Source: Bugula neritina
Taxonomy: Eukaryota > Animalia > Bryozoa
Direction of reading: 5' to 3'
Length of the DNA: 64,000 bases
Assembly: GCA_964035545.1 (NCBI GenBank)
Contig: OZ037772.1
Coordinates: 744,001 to 808,000, forward strand
Part shown: in pieces, positions 1-13,992 of the stretch
Layout: the number at the start of each line of letters is the position of its first letter
Numbering within the stretch: position 1 is the stretch's first letter
Translations under genes and position numbers: made by a program
Notes under the pieces: generated by a model
Seen by the model: the letters and a program-made list of their open reading frames with translations, nothing else
Database searches by the model: none
Told to the model about the DNA's origin: nothing

Positions 1-326
1 TAAATTTACCAAAAAAAGCAATTTGATTGAAAATTTTAGTTTGACATTTACACAACACACCACAGCAGTAAGTAATACTCATTGCTGTATAATCAGATAA
101 TTTACTTCTGTTACAACTAAAATTTCAATTATGTTACACAATGCTGTTGCTAATTGAGCAATGTTATACAATTTCATGATATCAACGGCACCAGTGAAGT
201 AGTCGTATCTAAATAAAACATGATAGACACTTTTCACATGTGTCTTTAGAACATTAGCGTTCTTCAGTGTTCAGTTACTCAATATATACAATGCAAATAT
301 TTTTGTAGAAAGGTGCCAAATATTTT

Positions 327-800
327 TTGAAGCCCTCAACAATATTCTGTGAGGATAGGGTTGTGGGGGACACGGTAAACATATCGGGACAGTCCAACAG
401 CCTCAGTGAAGACTTGGCCAACCTTCTAGAAAGTTCCAACTGCTCAGACGTCACTCTGACCATCGGACCGCGAAAGTTCAAAGTTCACAAGTCTATCCTC
501 TCCGTCAGGTCTCTTGTCTTCAATGCTATGTTTGAGCATGAGATGGAGAACAAACAGAATTTAGAATTTAGACAAGATGGTGGCTGACCTTCTCTCGGCA
601 GCAGATAAGTACGCACTAGAGAAGAGTCCCTGTTTGGTAACCTCTCCATGGACAATGTGTGTGAGGTACCATGGTTCTAGTAGACCTCCACTCGGCTAAA
701 CAACTCAAAACACACGCTCTGGACTTTGTCAACAGCCACGTCAGAGGCGTCATGGAAACCTGCCATAAAAATGTGAAAAACGTACCCTCAACATGTAGAC
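327..800 (+). pseudogene. SPOP: SPOP-like MATH-end/BTB/BACK fragment, frameshifted and internally deleted
   Basis: Frames give [58 protein letters not shown] and DLHSAKQLKTHALDFVNSH. These match recalled SPOP motifs ([74 protein letters not shown]). The segments lie in different frames with gaps between them. Confidence 0.85.
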
Positions 801-2602
801 ATTGCATTGCCAATCTGAGTTAATGTCAGAGTTTAGCTCTATTTCCTGATGATGGACTTCCTTCTTGAATATCAATTGTACTGCTATCACAAACACTAGT
901 TACATTAGTATAAAAAGATCAAATGGCTGGAATTATTGAAAACAAGCTGACGAGAAAAATTACAGCACTTGGAAGTTTAAATTCAAGTAAGTACTATAAT
1001 AAGCGCCTCTACGGCTATGGAAGTAAGCATCTCGCAGCAATTAACTTGTCAAAAGTAGGAGTTATCTCTGCTCGATGAATGTTTACTTATGGTTTAGATT
1101 GGCAATGTTATTACTGCATAAACAATATAATATGCGGTTCTATGTGTATTGTGTAACAGTTAGCACTCAGGTTACTATTCTGTGAGACAAATTTGGGATT
1201 TGCTCTACCAAAAGAATTGAAACTATAATATATATGTTTTGTATAACATGTTTATCTATTTGATGATAATATTGAAGCAAGCAAAATTACAATAACAAAA
1301 TATTACAAGACATTAACCAAACCAAAACAAAGATTATCCTAGCCATCCTTTGAAATCTTGCTGTGTAATACTAGCAAACATAAATTGATAAGTCTGACAA
1401 TCGAGATAGATAAGTTATGCAAATTAAATACATAAGAGAATTGCAGTTAGAACATCAATATTAAAATATTTCCTTCAACGGAAATTTTTGTAGCCTTAAA
1501 ATAAATTCTCCAATTCAAATATTTCTCAAATATAAAATTGTGCAGCTTCAGAAATCCAAATATTTTCTCCAATATAATTTGTGAAGACTAGAAACAAATT
1601 TCTCAATTCAAATATAAATTTGTGCAGCTTTAATATAAAATTTCTAATTCAAATATTTTCTTCAAATAAACTTATGCTGTTTCAAAATCAATAAATCAAA
1701 TCAACAATTTTTCTTTAAATAATTTATGCCGCTTAAAAATTAATAGATCAATTCAAACAAAATTTCCTCAAACAAGTTTTTGCTGCTTCTAAAGAAAACT
1801 AATACACTTGTTAGTCTAAATAACAAAAGAGGTTAAGAATATCCTTAACATAAAATTGTAACATTACTTACTGCAGCCAGTCTATATTATCGATATTTGT
1901 ATCAATTAGTCGGTTTTCTAGACGTCCCCCCCCTAATATAATTATTACTGCTGCTATATCTTCTATGCTCCAATCGTCTTTAGCTGCTTTTATCTTCTTG
2001 TATATCTATTTTCATTCGTCATTTGTCATTCATCCTTTTTCTATTTTCAGAAATTTAGCTCCTTTTGTACCAAATCTTTTTGGCAATGGTTCAGATTTTA
2101 AGGATACCGACAATAACTGGCCAATGAAAACCAGCGGCAGACTGACGTAGAACTCGGTTAGGTATGTTGGCAGCCAAGATAGGGATTGACGTAAGAAGGA
2201 TCTGTTGTTATTGGCTCATCTTTGTATATTGTGGGCTATATAATCAATAATTGTACAGCAATCCTTAATCTAAAAAATAACTTTAAAACTATAATATGAT
2301 AAAATGTATCAGTCGATGCTCACGTGTTGACCTTTGTAACAGGCTGATCAATGTCAAAAAATTTATTAGGCGTTTGAAACATTATATCATCTACATGTTG
2401 GTGTAAACAAATATTTACACATATGTTATTTCTATTTATGAACAGCATCTGCTATATGTTTCAGCTTTTTTATTCATTCCCATTTGTTCATCAATTAGTG
2501 TTTTATTTCAAAAGTCAATATTACAAATTTCAACACGTGATCATGGCATGTGGTACTATCCTAACACACAATTACTTATCTAAAAGCCACACTACTAAAT
2601 AA

Positions 2603-2735
<133 letters not shown>

Positions 2736-4111
2736 ATAATGCATTAAGCAATTTCTATGCAAGACCGAAATATTTAACTTACTCAAAACTTGTACATTTA
2801 AACTTTTAATTTCACTCAATTATTGGGCCTCATGCATCATAAAACTTTTGAACGTGTTTTATATTCTTTCTTGAATGTTGTGGATAAACTGTAGTCTACA
2901 TACCGTGGTGGAGCAGATATAAGAATTTATAATTGCATCAACCCGTTGCAGCAGCCATCTTACTGGAAATCTCAAACAAACCTCAGCATCGCCAAAGCCA
3001 TATTGTTATTGCGAGCTGACAGAATATCTCAGAGATATAACTTGTAAAGTACAGAAGTAAGAATTAAACACAAAGGGCAGTATATGTATAATCATGCCTT
3101 CCATCAAGGCTATAGCTTTTTAAAGAATTTTCTGAGAATAATGATACAAATATTACCACTTCAGCTTAACAACTTATGAAATAACGGTTACATTGAATAT
3201 CATTTTCTAGATATCATGTTCGTCTGTGTTTTAGTACTGCCAAGGTTATCACTTAGCACTAAATGGACAAAATTGCTTCTTTTAATTAAGACACTATGCT
3301 GGAGAAAGGCCAATATATGAATTAGATAAAGAAACTAGTAAATTATTCAGTGTTATAATTAAACTTTGAACGAGCTTTGCTCTGATTGGTTTTTCTGACT
3401 TATCGTAATATATATCTATATCTAGCCAGGGTTTTGTGCCTACATAGTAATGTACACGTTCTATGATAAGAGTAATTGAATGCAAATATAAATGAACATA
3501 ATTTTTTTGATTTTAGTCTAGTTATGTTATAAGCATTAGATAACTTGTTTTTGAGACAGCGGGGTGAGAGCTTTGTAAAAAATTTAGCCTAATTAGAATT
3601 TCTGTAATAGATAAACGTTACTAGCTCCTTAACAATTCAATTAAAGTTGAATAAAAATATACATCAAATTACCAGTTCAAAGTAAAAGACTTTGAAGGCT
3701 AATAACTTACTACAAAGATTTAAACCAAATAACAAGAGACTAAATCCAAAATCAATTTATAATTATTCTTAGCATATGACAAGTATGAATGCTACAGCTG
3801 CTCTTGTACAATGTACTTGTACAGCTCTTACTCATCCTAGTATGTTTAACTGGCATAGCATCCTTGTCTTTCTAGGGACTCGGTACATCGTTGGAGTGCA
3901 GAGGTCATCTCCAACAAAAGAGTTTGAATTAGAGTGGATAAATAAAAGTAAGCGCTTGTAATGTTTTTCAACTCTAATTAAAGTTCCCAAAATGTTATTG
4001 TTGGTAAGTTTCAGACTCAAGAATAATCTTGTATTTTCTTATTAAAGAACAAAAAGAGAAAAAAAAGACAAATAAGGGTCCTGAGTCGCAAAAACCAAAA
4101 GATAGCTATTC

Positions 4112-4628
4112 CAGAAGTGTGGACATGTTCAAAAGTTTCAAATTTGGGGAAGGAAAATCTAAAGAGGTTCACAAGGATGTCCTAGAAAAATTTGACAACT
4201 TTTGTAAAAAGATGTTCAAGAAAATAATCAAGAGACATCAACTGCTATCAATAGATGAGTATGTCACCAACTTACATTGTTTATGAGCTTGATAGACAAA
4301 ACTTCACTCAATACCAGAGACATATTTTTAAATATTGTTTTTTTGTGTTTGCAGGTGAAAGACCATTTCCATGTGATGTCTGTGGCAAGGCTTTCAAGCG
4401 CAGAAAAATCTGATAAAGAGGATAAAACAAAAATGGCCATTCTAATGCGGACCATTAGACCCAGAGGTGTAGACATATTCAAAAGTTTCAAGTTTGGGGA
4501 AGGAGAATCTAAAGAGGTTTACAAGGATGTCCTGGGAAAATCTGACAACTTTTGGAAAAAGACCGCCAACAAAATAATCAAAAGACATCAACTGCTATCG
4601 ACAAAACAAGAAGTCACCAACTTACATG
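4112..4628 (+). repeat. Direct duplication of a ~165-bp coding-like segment (about 4112-4278 and 4466-4628)
   Basis: Both copies encode VD(M/I)FKSFKFGEG(K/E)SKEV.KDVL.K.DNF.KK...KIIKRHQLLS...VTNLH; the family is not recognised. Confidence 0.9.
4355..4413 (+). pseudogene. Half exon of a C2H2 zinc-finger gene
   Basis: A pyrimidine tract and acceptor ttgcag are followed by GT GAA AGA CCA TTT CCA TGT GAT GTC TGT GGC AAG GCT TTC = (G)ERPFPCDVCGKAFKRRKI*. This is the TGE(K/R)P(F/Y) linker plus CxxC, with no His pair. Confidence 0.75.
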
Positions 4629-4720
4629 GGATCGCCAGAAAATGTGACCTTGGTGACATGTATGATGTCTTTTTTATGCAGGCCTTTCTTCTTGGCATCT
4701 TCTTGGCATATATAATTTTG

Positions 4721-5030
4721 TATGCTCACATGGAACTATAGAAGGAAATGTCAGCTAGAAGAGGAAGGAAATGGAGGTCAAGACCAGCAACGCAATATCA
4801 AGGTCAACTGGAAGAAAGTAGTTTTAGGTCACGACTTGTCATTCTCAATTATGGCGGCTAGTTTGAGCACACTTTTGGACTAGAAGAGGAAGGAGACAAG
4901 GAGACCACAGAACTCTCTGGGGAGGGAAGTAAACACACTTCAGCTACAAAGCAAGAGTTGAAAAGAGAAATAATTGGAAAAAGTTGAAATTTTACTCAAT
5001 TTGATCAAAAATGAACAGATATTAATAAAA
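4721..5030 (+). repeat. ~310-bp direct repeat, copy 1 (copy 2 at about 7149-7458)
   Basis: tatgctcacatggaactatagaaggaaatgtc...aatgaacagatatta is near-identical at both sites. Confidence 0.95.
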
Positions 5031-5409
5031 ACTTTTTGGATGCACATATTTGTCTTATATCCAAGTTAAAATAAATCATATGTTCTGTTACCTAATTTAT
5101 TCATTGTTTGAACAGCATGCATCTAAGTAATGTAGAATAGTCATTTGGTGTAAACATTATATGTACCTAGAGTAAATTTTTATTAAGCACTCATGTTTTA
5201 GGTTTTCATATTATTTTGGTATGCTGCTATAAACTGCAAGATTGATTGTTAAATAAGTAATATGCTAATAGCTGCAGTAACTAATCTAAACTATCTAAAA
5301 TAATATTCCAATTTTATTTGATTTGGGACAAAAAACAGTAATAAAATTATTTTCAGAGTTGATCTTTAATGAATACTCATCAACCAATATCTTTTCAAAC
5401 AACAAGAAG

Positions 5410-5537
5410 TATATTGTAATTGTAATTAATTACATTTATTTTTAACTGTAATTATAATTGTAATATTGTAATTGACAAATCTTCATGTAATTGTAATTGT
5501 AATTAATTACATTTACATGTAATTGACCCCAACCCTG
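5410..5537 (+). mobile_element. One end of the GTAATT-rich MITE family seen complete at 19437-19942
   Basis: GTAATT subrepeats end in gtaattgaccccaaccctg. Confidence 0.8.
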
Positions 5538-7148
5538 GTCACGAGCATTGCTAAATGCTAGCAGCTTGAGTTTGTGACCGTGGTGAGAGTGCTCAATCAT
5601 TTAATGTCATTGCTGAGCATTAAATGAGAGCTTAATATCTCAATCTGTGGACAGCAGCACAGAACAGAGTACTATGGCCCACACCTTCGCAATAGTAGAA
5701 ACTTATAGTCTTACTAAAGCATATTTAGAAGGTGTGTAAACCCAAGTCATATATATAATATAGCTATAAACATGCACGTACGTAAAGAAAATAACATTCA
5801 TGCGACTAGTAGTAAATACTATTTAGTATGAGCTTGTACTAATTTCACTATGGCATCATAATAAATAGCGACTCATTATACACCACTAAATAAATTGGTG
5901 GAGATCACAAAGCACTTAATAGTCTTTATGCAGAATTTTTCTTTCAGTCCAATATATGAAAGTTATAAAAATTATTTTAGAGAGAACACACACTAACCGA
6001 AAGCCAATTTGTTTTCAATAAAGTATATCATAGACCTGCATACTCTGTTCAGGAAAGAAGAGAGAGCCCCAAAGGAAGAGCCACGCCTACCATGTCTAAT
6101 GAAAACAGACCTGTCATACTAAGTAGCTACAGACCTGCTATACCAGATAAAAACAAACCTGCCATATTGCACAAAACTGAACCTGTAGTACTGAGCAAAG
6201 AGCAACCAATCAAATATTCCAAGCAAAGAGGAAACGATTCAGCATTGTGGAAAAACCTCTCCAGGCAGGATCAGCAAACTCCGACAGCTGGTCAAAGTTT
6301 TAGTTACAGAAAAGGAAGAATTGCCGAGTATTGTGATGATTTAGTGAGGAAAACCGCATGCTTACCTTGTTCTGGTAACCATTACACAACTGTGAAGAGA
6401 AAGGGCTGGAAAGCTACACAACTTTGAGACGTTTGTCACACAGACAGCTGTTCTATAAAAAGTGTTACATAAGAGTTGTGACTATTGACTATTATATACA
6501 GGGTTGTAAGGATGTGGACACAGTTTTAGGATTTATTATTTTAGGAATCCAATACGTTAGTTATGTTATGATAGCATTAACTTAGCAGAGGGTTTGGTGG
6601 AATTTGATATAATGCTTAATTACTACTCAAAGCAGGATAGTTTAGTATTTTTTTAAAAAGAACATAATATTATATTTGTATTTTCTTATAAATAGATGTT
6701 TATTATACATGCCGATCATAAAAGTCAATTCATTATATGGTATACTAAAATTACATCTGTAAATAAACATGTGCATGCTGCAGCTGAAGAATAAAAATAA
6801 AATGAAAAGGAAACAAAACGTATTCAACTGGATGAGTCATCAGATGACATTGCTGTATAAAATGACGAATTAGGAAAGAGAAAGTATGTGGAAACAAAGC
6901 AACACTGAACTACAACGTGGCTAACAAATACCAGGTCAGCAGAAATAATATCAAAGCCAATGAATAAAATACCAAGAGGTGTAAAATATCAATATAAGTA
7001 CACATAGAAAAAATAGGTAATATACAGAATAAAAAGTAACAGTTTAATATTGTTAAAGCTTTTCATTTTCACACAAACATAATATCTTTACAAGATATTA
7101 TTGTATATATAACTATTTGTATTAGGAGAGAGAAACAATACAATTTAG

Positions 7149-7458
7149 TATGCTCACATGGAACTATAGAAGGAAATGTCAGCTAGAAGAGGAAGGAAAT
7201 GGAGGTCAAGGCCAGCACGCAATGTCAAGGTCAACTGGAAGAAAGTAGTTTTAGGTCACGACTTGTCATTCTCAAACATGGCGGCTAGTTTGAGCACACT
7301 TTTGGACTAGAAAAGGAAGGAGATGAGGAGACCACAGAGCTCTCTGGGGAGGGAGGTAAAACACGCTTCAGCTACAAAGCAAGAGTTGAAAAGAGAAATA
7401 ATTGGAAAAAGTTGAAATTTTACTCAATTTGATCACAAATGAACAGATATTATTAAAA
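7149..7458 (+). repeat. ~310-bp direct repeat, copy 2
   Basis: Matches 4721-5030 with scattered substitutions. Confidence 0.95.
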
Positions 7459-10400
7459 AAAATTTCCAGAGATTTTAAAGCTGCTATGCCAGGACAACTA
7501 TAGCATATTATAATTATATTATCACCTCATTATATAATAATCATATTACATGATATATTATATTGTTTATATGCCATATTATCATTATATTATATTATAA
7601 TCATACTATGTTATAAATATATGACATCACATGTCGACTCACTCTGCACTGCGAGCGGCTGTGACAAACAGTGCTCCATACTCCGACCACCCACAGTCCA
7701 AGCACCTGGAGCACTGCCCACACATGGCAACAAGTGACAAGACAAAGTGCTGGGGATAACTAGCAATACAAAGAGAATTAACAGTCAGAGTATGAAGCTG
7801 GTACTCACGAGTTTGAAGGTGTTCCCAATATCATCTCTATAACTGGTTAGAAAGGATTGCACTTGGTTGAGTACTCTGTTAACAGCACCATAAATATCCT
7901 CTTCAGCGTGGCAGTTGCCGGCACAACATGAAATAACTACCACCTGCTATCCGTTGACATATGTGAGACCAGTTGCTAGTGACATCAAATGACAGGTACT
8001 TGGTTAGCAAATTCATACAAAGGTGAGAGTTCTACTGTCACTTGATCAAAGATTGCGACACTCTTCGCCCAGTGTGACTCATAAATTATATATGACTTAG
8101 GCTAGCAGGGGAGCATGAGCTCATTTTATAAGCTATGTAGCTCAAAACTATGCAAGCATCCTACCATAAAGAGACACCCTTACACCGCACCATTGGTATG
8201 AGAGTCTTCATAAGAACTAAAGCTACACTCAAGTCCCACCAGCATGATAGAATATATCACATACACTTCTATTGCACATATAGTCTATGAATGAGAGGGT
8301 TGCAGTTAGCTTCTCTGTAGATGTATGGATATATTGAGCAAGGGCACCTTGGGCACATGCCATGCGCACATCTGTTGACAGCTGTCAAGTACATGACAGT
8401 ACATATTGATGCACTGCCTTGTCTATGTTACCCAGCAGTGCCTGCAAACAAATATGGAAATATTACTTAGGAAATGAGCAGAATTCTTTTTATTTTAGAG
8501 ATTTTACATATTCTTACATTAACAAAGGCATAAATTTTAAACATCTACATAAAATATTGGAGATATCTTAAATTTTTCTGCAAAATCTGTAAATTGAACA
8601 CTAAAAAAAAGTTTCGGCCCAACATAAAATGTCAACCATTGGAGAATCTTCTGGCTCTATAAGTTTGTATAATGAGGTTATATTTAATACGATGTTACGT
8701 GATTATATGGAGTTGTCATCACAATACAGAATAGTGATAGTTTTGAGCAACAAATCTTATATTACTATATGAACTTATTGAGAAACAGCATCTTGGGAAC
8801 ATAGGCTTTACATTACTACATTACAATACACACACATGTATAACAGAAGTTGAACAAAATACTTTTATATTCCTATCCTAAAGATTTCAATATTTTTCAA
8901 GTCAGTTGGGTTTTACCTTTTATATGTACACTGTTCATGCAGTGGAATGCTTTTTTTAAACAAAGAAAGTGTTCTTTACATTCATTAATTTTAGTTGCTA
9001 AGACAGCTAAAGTTGCAGATAGTTTCTTTCCTTTCAGATAAGATGTGTTACATATGCATATGAATATGTTCAACTGATGATAGCAATTATAATACAAATA
9101 CCTTGCAACATAAAATAACACAACACCTGCAAAATACTGCTTACAATAGAATTTGCAGTTCAAACTGCAATATTGAGTCTACCCTGTAGTGTAATGGTAG
9201 CACGCCAGCGGGTGGAAAAGTTTTTAATTAAGTTCTGGGTTTGAAATGAAATTAGGACTCACCTGCTGACGCTGCCTTGTAGCTCTCCAGAATGCTGCCA
9301 GCAGAGATTCTACACAACTCACACTGTTGAAGTTAAACACCTTCCTGCTCCCTGCATTGGTTGCTATAAACAGTACAGAGCTACACGTATGAGATAAGAG
9401 TGGACTAACAGAGTAGTCTCTGAGAATATATACGAGGTATATAATCAGAGAGGAGATTATTCCAAAACAGCCGAAACTAGGTTGGTGTGAAAATAATTCG
9501 ACTTAATTAATGACTTTAGTAGTAAAACTACTGCTACTGTTGCAGGCACACTCAGCTCTCATGTGCCTCACAGACGTCTCAAACATAAGGTAGTGAACTG
9601 CTTTAGTAATTGAAATTTTTGTAAAAAGCGTGACAAACAATTGAGTGAAGACAGAAAGCAGAAAAAAAAACCGAATACCTTTTTTTTTTTTGTAAACTGT
9701 AGGAGACGAAATCCTTGCACATGGAGAACATGGTACTGGAAGACATGAGCTTTGACCTTGACCTGCCTCTGACCTTCATAGATGGAGACTGCTGATTGGC
9801 TGAAGCAGAGTTGAAGACTAACTCCATAGAAGTGAGTTTATTCTCAGAGCTAAGGATCTCGCTCAGACTGTCAATAGAGAAACACAGAGATAGAGCTGCT
9901 CTACTCATACGTGGTGGAAGTTGATAAATGTCAAATAAATACCAAAAATATTTCACTCATTTGTATTGGAAATTGAATGAAATCAGTAGAAAGTAAACGA
10001 CATATTTCAATTATCAAATAGCAAAGACGTTATGTTGTTGGCAATTTAATTAACTATTTTCTCAAAAAAATATTATAAATATAAAACATAGTCTTAGAAA
10101 AACTCCACTGACAAAAATTGAACTTAAATTGGTGAACGAGCCAGCCCTAACATGTAAACACTAGATTTATCCCAGTGATCAGGCCAACAGAACTAAACTA
10201 TAAGATTCCTAGGCAGATGCGAGGAGTAGTTAGTGGAACTGTTATAGTGCAGACCATACTTAGCCTTAGTAGCTAGATTACCTGGTAACCTGCTGATTGA
10301 GGGGGGTCAAGGAACTCTTCCAGCTGTCACCTAGGTTGGAGAAGACAGCCAGACACTCCTCATGAGGTGTGTTACTGTGAAGTAACTCTCACATGTCGGC

Positions 10401-12961
10401 TAGTCTCTCCTCAAACTTGGACACAGTGAGGTGTGTGTATCTATTGTGTTGTTTATCCGTTACCTTGACAACCATAACATTGTCCACTTCTTCCTGTTCA
10501 AATACCTAGAACAGACAGACGCATGGTGTGTAACATAATTACATAAATATTTATAAATGTATATATATAAATAAACAAGTGTATGTGAGTGTATGTGTGT
10601 GTGTGGTGCGTGTGTGGTCTGTGTGTGCGTGCATGTATCTGTGTGTATTATTGACACAATCAAAGGCAAAATTCAACCTAAACAATTTTATCAATAGCTG
10701 GGTAGAAAGTACGGATCACATAATTTTTGTGAAAAAAAAACTTTTACACATGATAATTGAAAAACTAAAATAAAAATGCATATTTTTAATATCATCTGGT
10801 ACATGCTTTAATTATGGCAGACACAAGGCATGCACAGAGAAAGATAATTTCTTTAGTACATACTGTGGGTAATGCTGATGTGGACACTATGAACAATGCA
10901 AGTATTATACAGGAGTTGTCTACTCTTTGAAAACAGATAACTTGCTGTAGGCATTGACTTTAATTGAATCAGTTTATTGCCTTCCCTTATAAGAAGAGCG
11001 ACCTTATAAAGGTCAGTTTTACCCGACTCTACAATAAATAGGAGTAACTCAGACTAACATTATAGGCCCTCCTGGGTTATTTTATCATGTAGTTTTCTCA
11101 TCATACGTTACAACTCATTAGGATCTGGTAGTAGGAAAATATAAAAAAGATATTTTAATTTAGGAGGAAAAACTGAAAAGTTACCAAAATCGAAGATGAG
11201 GTCTAGCGGAATATTAAGAAACTTCTCACAACAAAGTAATTAGCAATGAAGGGTCAGAGGTCAAGCATACACCAAATCTAGCAAATTTATTATCTTTAAC
11301 AGCCTCTCAATGAAACCATGCCATGCCTAGTTCATGTCATAGCAACATACAACTGAGGGGGTGGGGGGGAGCATGACTAGGTTAGGAGAACATAACTCTG
11401 AAAAGAAAACAATGAGCTGTGTAATTATGTATGTTGATTTTCCAGGTACAGCAGGTGTAGAGCTCAAAGGATTACCAAATTTTAATATTGATATAGAATG
11501 CAATATTGAGTTTTAAAGGCAGTCATAAAAATGAAAAAGAAATAAAAGTAATGGCGCTGTGATGAATACAGATAATTAAAGCTGAAACTTCTGAACTTTC
11601 TAAAACCACACTATGAGAGACTACGCCGCCGTTGCAATCAACAATTGCAAATAAATGTTGTAAAAACTCATATTTCTTTTTTATTTGCTTCCACAACAAT
11701 GCTGAAGGAGATGAAGACTATGAGTGAAAACAACACAACCCTTTCTCTCTTACAGATCTAGATTGAGTATAGATTCACCATAATCCATTAGAGGGTATCG
11801 AGACACCAAATTACCGACCCCTACTAACTGAAGCTCACCACTAGGAACTGAAGCTAGGCTCTTCACAGCCACTTCCTCTTTGCCTCCTTTTAGGTGTTTG
11901 AGTCCCGCAGACTGGAGAGGAAGCGCTGGGCCGAGGAGATGGTAGGTAAAGAGTCCGTCAGCACGGCAGTGTGTGTGCGCTGCTTTACCTGCAACGGAGT
12001 ATTTAGAAATATTCTCAGCAAAAACATTTCAATCACTGACTGTGTAGTTACAGTGAAAGTATAATAATACCATAATATATAAGTCATCATAACATTGAAG
12101 TATACAATGATAACTAAACATATATGCCGAGTGATGACCAATGTGCGTGGGAACATTAATATATACACATCAAACGACCAATATGCTTGGGGAATACTAA
12201 TGAAGACATGACTGTACACAATAAACAGGCTTACTGATCATTCTTCGCTTCCTCAATCTTAGTCTTGGCAAACAGGAAGTCCTTAGGAATGCTGGAGGAC
12301 GTGCGTTTAGATGGGTCAACGCCGGCGAGGTGATTAAAGTGGAAATAGAGATCACCACCGATAATAACTCGGTCTACCTACAGACATGATAACAGGAAAT
12401 GATTCAAGATTGAAAATATTACACTAAACTAGCATAGTAAATAAACTACAAACACTAATCTATCAGTTTCATAAGCAATTTCATCACCCATATAATTGGA
12501 TAGAATCAAGTAGAGTTTGTCACCTAATACACTTCACAATTGCTATAAAATCGAAAATGTAACGCTGTAGAAATTTTGTAAGCAAATTAGAAATGTTAAT
12601 TGACGAGTTTTATACACAATTGCATCACACATGTAACTAAAAAGAATTTAGCATGAGCAAGTGCATTCCATAATTTCTTACAGGTTATTCTAATACTTAA
12701 ACACCACAAGGTTCATATATACAGTATAAGTAATGCAGTCATACAGTGTCATTAGATGCACATAGCTAGCAGAATCTGGCCACACAGTAAGCTGGCAGGT
12801 CCACAGTCAGTGAGGTTACAGTTCACACGTCTTACGTGGTTCAGTGTCATTGAGTCCACAATCTGCTCTCCATTCACAAAAGTGGGAGCTTCCTTATCAA
12901 TAGGAGTTATCACCACCTGGTTATCTTTATGCACCAACAGACTGTAACAAGGACACTACAT

Positions 12962-13540
12962 CTGAACAGATTGACTTTTGACTTTTTTTCTTTAATATTT
13001 GTTCATGCCTACTTATATTATAGCCAGTATTTACACTGAATTTCACAACGTGTTGTCATGTCTGTGATATGCAATCAATCAATCAATCGAATCACCAATC
13101 AACTAAAACTGCGTCTTCTTTCGAGATGTGACTTAAATTTAACACTTTACTCTACACCACCACGTTCTCTATGACATAGTATTCTATTTGAAAATTAAGA
13201 AATGCTTGCTTTTTAAGTACCACATGTATACTTGGACCAAATGTAACTGTAAGAATACCGTAGATAGTAAAACAATTTGTGTCGAAAGTACAAACACGAA
13301 GAATAATACCACCAAGATCAAAAGATTTGGCAGCAAATTATACTTCATTACAATTACAAACTAATGCATAGTTACACTGATTGAAATTGAGTTATACTTC
13401 ACTTTACTAATATATTGATGGATTGGTTTATTACATATCACAGACATGAAAACATGTTGTGAAAGTCAGTGTAAATACTGGCCATAAAAAGTAGGCATGA
13501 ATAAAATTGAAAAAAGAAAAAAGTCAGAACTCTGTTGGAT
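12962..13540. mobile_element. Fold-back/MITE-like element with ~120-bp imperfect terminal inverted repeats
   Basis: catgcctact..gccagtatttacactga.tttcacaac..tcatgtctgtgatatg (13004-13071) is the reverse complement of 13434-13499. Confidence 0.75.
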
Positions 13541-13741
13541 TATTTAAAATAAAAGATCATTTAAAGCATTAACAAGGTATCTCTGCCCCATGCTTCTCTA
13601 TATTTAATGGTTTGATATCCTGGTATTGGCAGTAAGTCATATTTCACTATACTAATAAGCTGAATAAATGACAAATTTTATTAGAATTAATTAACTTTAA
13701 CCAGAAATGCTATTTCACTTTCTATAGAAAAGTTACTGTTT

Positions 13742-13992
13742 AAGGGCAGACAATCACTAATACTCACCAGTATGTACGAGGGTAGACAATTACTAGTACT
13801 CACTCTCAAGGGCAGATAATTACTAGTACTTATGAATATGATCAAGGGCAGACAATTACTAATACTCATCAGCATGTTCAAGGGTAAACAATTACTAATA
13901 TTTATCAATGTGATCAAGGGCAGACAATTACTAATACTCATCAGCATATTCAAGGGCAGACAACTACTAATATTCACCAGTATGTTCGAGGG
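13742..13992. repeat. 36-bp minisatellite (~7 units) derived from an exon end plus splice donor
   Basis: Unit is about AAGGGCAGACAATTACTAATACTCA(C/T)CAG(C/T)ATGTTC; the overlapping ORFs show 12-aa periodicity. Confidence 0.92.

Noticed and set aside
9181-9250. tRNA-like sequence (TAGTGTAATGGTAGCACG...GGTTTGAAAT), similar at about 43648-43730
   Set aside because: Only A/B-box-like remnants with no cloverleaf; at most decayed SINE heads.
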